A stretch of 58,103 bases of DNA, taken from the NCBI GenBank assembly GCA_023396555.1, contig JAEWWC010000058.1, forward strand, positions 1-58,103, in the 5' to 3' direction. Origin of the DNA: Bacillota bacterium (GTDB lineage Bacteria > Bacillota > Clostridia > Christensenellales > SZUA-584). Of this stretch, positions 54,547 to 58,103 are shown piece after piece. A program made the translations under genes and the position numbers. The notes below the pieces were generated by a model. That model searched no databases and was not told the DNA's origin. It saw only the letters and a program-made list of their open reading frames with translations. Every line of letters starts with the position of its first letter. The first letter of the stretch is position 1.

Positions 54547-54681
54547 AATTCCTTAGTATATACTCAACCGCACAGCTTGTCCGGTTTGTTCCCACATGTG
54601 AGGAGATGCCATGGTCGGAATAATATGTATATTATATCCGTTGTTTGGACGACATGGAAGCGCGAGAAGTTCCCGAAAAGG

Positions 54682-54710
54682 TAAAAAAAGAGACCGGATT
54701 TCCGGCCTCT
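54682..54710 (-). terminator. Intrinsic terminator after LCP paralogue 3
   Basis: The minus strand reads AGAGGCCGG AAAT CCGGTCTCT followed by TTTTTTT. Confidence 0.7.
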
Positions 54711-54728
54711 CATTATAAAGCGGTTTGT

Positions 54729-56537
54729 TCAGTTGAAGTCTACAGTTACCTCATTGAAGCTCTTGTCGCTCTCGTAGTTGACGCGCCAGTAGCTGGCAGA
54801 CAGCGGGATGGAGAACGTGCCGCACAGCGACCTTACGTCTGCGATCACCTGATCGTTGGCGGTTTTTTTCGCATCCGTGCCGCCCTGCGAACCAAGCGCT
54901 GCACAGGCGGCGACCGTCTTGTTGTACAGCGTCCACAGCGGGCCGTCCGGCAGATACTGCCTGTATCCCGGCGGTATCACGGTGGTGGCGGCCAGCGTAA
55001 CGCGGTTTTGGCCTGTTCCCGTTGCGCTCAGCAGCATGAACGAGTTGCTGAGTACCGCGCTGCCGGACAGCGGTTCGCCGGTGATCTCCGGCGTCGGCGT
55101 CGGGGTGGGCGTCGGCGTCGGGGTGGGCGTCGGTGAGGGCGTCGGTGTCGGCGTCGTTACCGGCGGCTTGGGTGTCGGCGTGGGCTTGGGCGTCGGCGAG
55201 GGCGTGGGCGTCGGGGCCACGTAAATGGGCAGCTTGGCATCCGCGTCCAGCTTGGCCTTCACCTTGGCCAGCGCCTTTTCAGCCTGTTTCTGAATCACCG
55301 GGGCCCGCATGTCTTCCCACCTGGTTTCCGCCGCCGCTGCGGTGAAATTCTTGTACTGGTCCACCTTCACGCCGTATATCTGCTCGATCAGCGCCACGCG
55401 CGCCTTCTGGTCCGTCAGCACGAAGTTCCAGTTGAATATGCCGTAGTTGTATTTGCCGCCCATCGAGTACATGCCGATGTCGTCGGGGTTCACGTTGTAG
55501 CCGAAAGCCGCCAGCGCCGCAGTCTGGGGCAGCGTGGTGTTGGTGTATAGGTTGCCGTCGAACGCGTCCAGCAAATTGGGGATGCTCGTCAACAGGCCGT
55601 TTGACTTGATCTTGTTGAATATGGCCACCAGCATCTTCTTCTGGCGGTTGATGCGGTTGAGATCACCAGCGCTGGAGATGCCCTTGCGAACGCGCAGATA
55701 ATCCAGCACGGCCTGGCCGTTCATGTCCTGCACGCCCTTTGTGTAGGAGCGGCCCTGCATTTTGAAGTCCATCTCCACGTCGAAGCCCTGCACGCCGCCG
55801 ATGGCGTCCACCAGCCCCTTCACGGCGTTCATATCCACCGCGTAGTAGTAGTCCACCGGTATGCCGCCCAGCATCCATTCCGCCGACTCGCACACCTTTT
55901 CAAAGCCGCTCATGGAATAATTGTTGGCTTCCGTGGGCCAGCCGCCGCCGCAGTCGATGGACGCGTTCAGCTTGTATATGCCGTCCACGCCGGGTATCTG
56001 GGCGTACGTATCGCGCGGGAGCGAGATCATGTTGACCGCACCTGTCGCCTTGTTGACGGACAGCACGATCATCACGTCCGAATGGAACGCCTTTTTGCCG
56101 CTCCACGTGTCGCGCTCCACCGCATGGTCCACGCCGATCAGCATTATGTTGACGGTATCCTTCAAAAAGCCGGTGTCCGACTGAGCCAGCAGCGCCTCGT
56201 ACGGGTCTATCGTGGGCGAAGGGCCCGGCGTGGCCGAATCCGACGGATCGTCGGTGACCTGCGGCGCTTCCGTCTGCGCCGGCGGAGGAGTGATCTGATC
56301 CTCAACGTTGTTGAATTGCGCCATCGGGTCGGTCCAGATGGAATAAGCGTAAGCGCCGCCGCCGATGAGTATCAGCACGAGCGCGCCCACGATGCCCATG
56401 ACAATGATCTTTTTGTTGCTCCAGCGCCCGCCCTTTTTCCTGCGGGGCTTAACGCCGTCCACCTTCACCCGGTCGATGCCGTTTTCCGCGGAATCCTCCA
56501 GATAGTCGTTCCCAGTTCCCCTCAACCTCTTCATCAT
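54729..56537 (-). CDS. LCP family glycopolymer ligase, paralogue 3, with the same linker and C-terminal domain
   Basis: Start probably at MMKRLRGTG (ATG 56537); the ORF-track start at 56615 lacks an RBS. The core is nearly identical to paralogue 1. The linker is PTPTPSPTPKPTPTPKPPVTTPTPTPSPTPTPTPTPTPTPTP. The tail reads GYRQYLPDGPLWTLYNK...YWRVNYESDKSFNEVTVDFN. Confidence 0.85.
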   Translation of the reverse strand: MMKRLRGTGNDYLEDSAENGIDRVKVDGVKPRRKKGGRWSNKKIIVMGIVGALVLILIGGGAYAYSIWTDPMAQFNNVEDQITPPPAQTEAPQVTDDPSDSATPGPSPTIDPYEALLAQSDTGFLKDTVNIMLIGVDHAVERDTWSGKKAFHSDVMIVLSVNKATGAVNMISLPRDTYAQIPGVDGIYKLNASIDCGGGWPTEANNYSMSGFEKVCESAEWMLGGIPVDYYYAVDMNAVKGLVDAIGGVQGFDVEMDFKMQGRSYTKGVQDMNGQAVLDYLRVRKGISSAGDLNRINRQKKMLVAIFNKIKSNGLLTSIPNLLDAFDGNLYTNTTLPQTAALAAFGYNVNPDDIGMYSMGGKYNYGIFNWNFVLTDQKARVALIEQIYGVKVDQYKNFTAAAAETRWEDMRAPVIQKQAEKALAKVKAKLDADAKLPIYVAPTPTPSPTPKPTPTPKPPVTTPTPTPSPTPTPTPTPTPTPTPEITGEPLSGSAVLSNSFMLLSATGTGQNRVTLAATTVIPPGYRQYLPDGPLWTLYNKTVAACAALGSQGGTDAKKTANDQVIADVRSLCGTFSIPLSASYWRVNYESDKSFNEVTVDFN

Positions 56538-56894
56538 ATGTATCTGCTCTTTCATTATAATATGTATGTTTATCCCGGCAAGCTGCCGGCGTTTTATGCT
56601 GTCAAACGGCAACACGCTTTATATTAATACAGCCGCTCATTCAGTACCAACATTTTTATTGCGCATCCCAGAAAAATTTACACTTTAGTAATTTTCCCGT
56701 GCAATTTTCCAACGCTTAAGACGTCGGACAGACGCCAAATGTTCCGGCGGACAATGAAGAATTATATGTGAAATCAGCAAAAAATCAAGCCGCTGTTCGC
56801 AATTGGAGTATAGGGCTGCGGCAAAACATATGAGCTGGGCGGCAGCATCCAGGAACAACGCGTCCTTTGAGGCGAATATTCGGAAATAATCCGG

Positions 56895-56925
56895 CTAAAC
56901 AAAACGCCCCGCAAAAAGCGGGGCG
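56895..56925 (-). terminator. Intrinsic terminator after the CotF-like pair
   Basis: The minus strand reads CGCCCCGC TTTTT GCGGGGCG followed by TTTTGTTT. Confidence 0.7.
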
Positions 56926-56987
56926 CATGTGTGCGGGGTTTTAATTCCCCCGATGAAATGGGTGCCGGCTGAAAGCCGTGAGGCCTG

Positions 56988-57272
56988 TCAGCCGCTGCTC
57001 AGCTGGCTTTTCACCTGCTGCACTTCGTTGTCGTCTGCCATTGTCGCCGGCTGATAGAAGCCTTTGCTCTGCGCCAGCTTGAACAGCTCGTATTGCGACG
57101 TTTCATCGCTGTTCCTGATCTGCTGTATCGTCTGCCGCAGATTCGGATTGGAGCATTCGGATATCACGTTGGCATACGTCGTCAGGCTGGCTTTCACCGA
57201 GCCCATCGTGTCGTTGACCATGGCCTTTTCCTGCAGGGTGCCGCCTGCTTGGGATGTGTTCTGGTTCATCAT
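56988..57272 (-). CDS. Spore coat protein, CotF-like (Coat_F domain)
   Basis: 94 aa. EKAMVNDTMGSVKASLTTYANVISECSNPNLRQTIQQIRNSDETSQYELFKLAQSKGFYQPA fits the Coat_F helical pattern. Confidence 0.65.
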   Translation of the reverse strand: MMNQNTSQAGGTLQEKAMVNDTMGSVKASLTTYANVISECSNPNLRQTIQQIRNSDETSQYELFKLAQSKGFYQPATMADDNEVQQVKSQLSSG

Positions 57273-57286
57273 TTTCGTATCTCCTC

Positions 57287-57472
57287 CTAACCCAGGAATG
57301 ACATCAGCTGTTGTTTGGTCTTCTGCGCGTCCTGCGCGGACTTCTCAAAGTAAGCCCTAATCTGCGGGTCGGAAGACTGCTGGGCGTATGTGTTCATTTT
57401 TTGAAATGCCGTATCATGCGCCCCGATAAGATGCCGTAAATGCTGAAGCTCAAGTTTGTTCAATTGTGACAT
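57287..57472 (-). CDS. Small helical spore-coat-associated protein (partner of the CotF-like gene)
   Basis: 61 aa: LELQHLRHLIGAHDTAFQKMNTYAQQSSDPQIRAYFEKSAQDAQKTKQQLMSFL. It lies 14 nt upstream of the CotF-like gene and has its own RBS. Confidence 0.5.
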   Translation of the reverse strand: MSQLNKLELQHLRHLIGAHDTAFQKMNTYAQQSSDPQIRAYFEKSAQDAQKTKQQLMSFLG

Positions 57473-57619
57473 AGAAGGACTCCTTTCATCGTATTCACAT
57501 CATTAGTATCCTTCACGCGGGTCTTTTGATATGCCATACATGTTTTGTATTATCGGGGAAAAAATAATATTTCGAGCCGGGCCTGCATTCAGACTAAAGA
57601 TCAAAAGACAGCTTCTGCT

Positions 57620-57654
57620 CAAAAAAAGAAAACAGGCGGTCCGGCCCGTCTGTT
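57620..57654 (-). terminator. Intrinsic terminator after the MFS gene
   Basis: The minus strand reads AACAGACGG GCCGGA CCGCCTGTT followed by TTCTTTTTTT. Confidence 0.7.
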
Positions 57655-57692
57655 CTTCATTTGCGTCAGTATTCTCGTACCGTTAGTAGCCG

Positions 57693-58103
57693 TCACGCCT
57701 TGTTTTCGCTGGCCTGCCGCTCGCGAACGCGGCCTTTGGTGAGCGACGCGGCCATCGCGCCCAGCGCCACGCACGCGGCCACGATGAACGTGAGGCGCAT
57801 CGCGTAGATGAAAGCGGCAGGAGAGGTTTCCGCCAGTGCCGCGGTGCCCGAGCCGCCTGCCCGCCCCGCGAACAGCGAGAACAATAGCCCCGAGAACGCC
57901 ACGCCCAGCACCATGCCCATGTTGCGTGCGGTGGCCAGCATGCCGGACGCGACGCCGCGGTTTTGCGCCGGGGCGTTGCCCATCAGCGCGCTGTTGTTGG
58001 GCGTCTGGAACAGCCCGGAACCCACCCCCGTCAGCGCCATGGATACCACGATATACCACGAGGGCGTGTCCGACTGCATGCGGCTTAATAGGAACAGGCC
58101 GGC
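57693..58103 (-). CDS. MFS transporter, C-terminal part (the gene runs off the right edge)
   Basis: The reading frame is open to the window end. GVGSGLFQTPNNSALMGNAPAQNRGVASGMLATARNMGMVLG is the typical TM11-14 region of DHA2/EmrB-type MFS proteins. Confidence 0.75.
   Translation of the reverse strand, partial: AGLFLLSRMQSDTPSWYIVVSMALTGVGSGLFQTPNNSALMGNAPAQNRGVASGMLATARNMGMVLGVAFSGLLFSLFAGRAGGSGTAALAETSPAAFIYAMRLTFIVAACVALGAMAASLTKGRVRERQASENKA

Noticed and set aside
1-58103. Search by eye for rRNA, tRNA, CRISPR repeats, integron attC sites, reverse transcriptase/DGR components, and restriction-modification or other recognisable defence genes
   Set aside because: None was recognised. I cannot run tRNAscan, Infernal or DefenseFinder, so small structured RNAs cannot be excluded.

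Overview
This 58.1-kb window looks like it comes from a spore-forming, fairly GC-rich Clostridia-type Firmicute. That taxon call is inference from CotF-like coat genes, a SpoIID/LytB protein, a CtsR box, dockerin modules and GGAGG ribosome-binding sites.

Layout:
- 0-10 kb: the truncated 5' end of a WecA/TagO-type initiating transferase; an arabinose module (araD, an FGGY kinase, araR with recognisable AraR boxes); DUF3788; a YtrA-type GntR plus ABC-2 exporter operon; panE; a Na/Pi cotransporter.
- 10.6-40.5 kb: a large cell-envelope locus.
  - Glycan genes: a wbpA-B-E-D-like pathway for UDP-2,3-diacetamido-2,3-dideoxy-glucuronate; two GT2s; a Wzy-like polymerase fused to a GT52 (sialyltransferase-family)-like domain; a Wzx flippase; a complete pseudaminic-acid-type nonulosonate pathway (pseB, F-like, I, H-G fusion, C); a GT-C/GtrA/GtrB-like extracytoplasmic glycosylation module.
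  - Exoproteins interleaved with and flanking these genes: three enzymes that each carry a dockerin (an S8 protease, a SpoIID/LytB-SH3 protein, a Big2-Fn3-C39-like peptidase) and an 8x Fn3 repeat protein with a possibly cohesin-like N-terminal domain.
- 41-45 kb: a CbpA-like J-protein and clpB behind a promoter with a CtsR operator, surrounded by GC-rich double-hairpin repeat elements.
- 45.1-48.9 kb: a scrambled accessory patch. It holds a low-GC cassette bracketed by perfect 24-bp direct repeats, a hairpin-repeat cluster, a Pro/Gln/Tyr-tailed membrane protein and a two-gene phage-type replication remnant.
- 49-50.3 kb: rubrerythrin (with a PerR/Fur-like palindrome upstream) and a YgiD-like dioxygenase.
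- 50.5-56.5 kb: three tandem, separately terminated LCP (LytR-CpsA-Psr) paralogues. Each has a Pro/Thr linker and a shared uncharacterised C-terminal domain.
- Right end: a CotF-like pair and a truncated MFS transporter.

I saw no rRNA, tRNA or CRISPR array.

Most interesting candidates:
- the Wzy::GT52-like fusion next to the nonulosonate pathway;
- a possible non-cellulosomal cohesin-dockerin display system embedded in the glycan locus;
- G9 and G10 homopolymer tracts inside gtrA and the DUF3048 lipoprotein gene;
- the triple LCP array with its novel C-terminal domain;
- the repeat-bracketed low-GC cassette.

All family assignments come from reading motifs by eye and from memory of the families. 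No searches were run.
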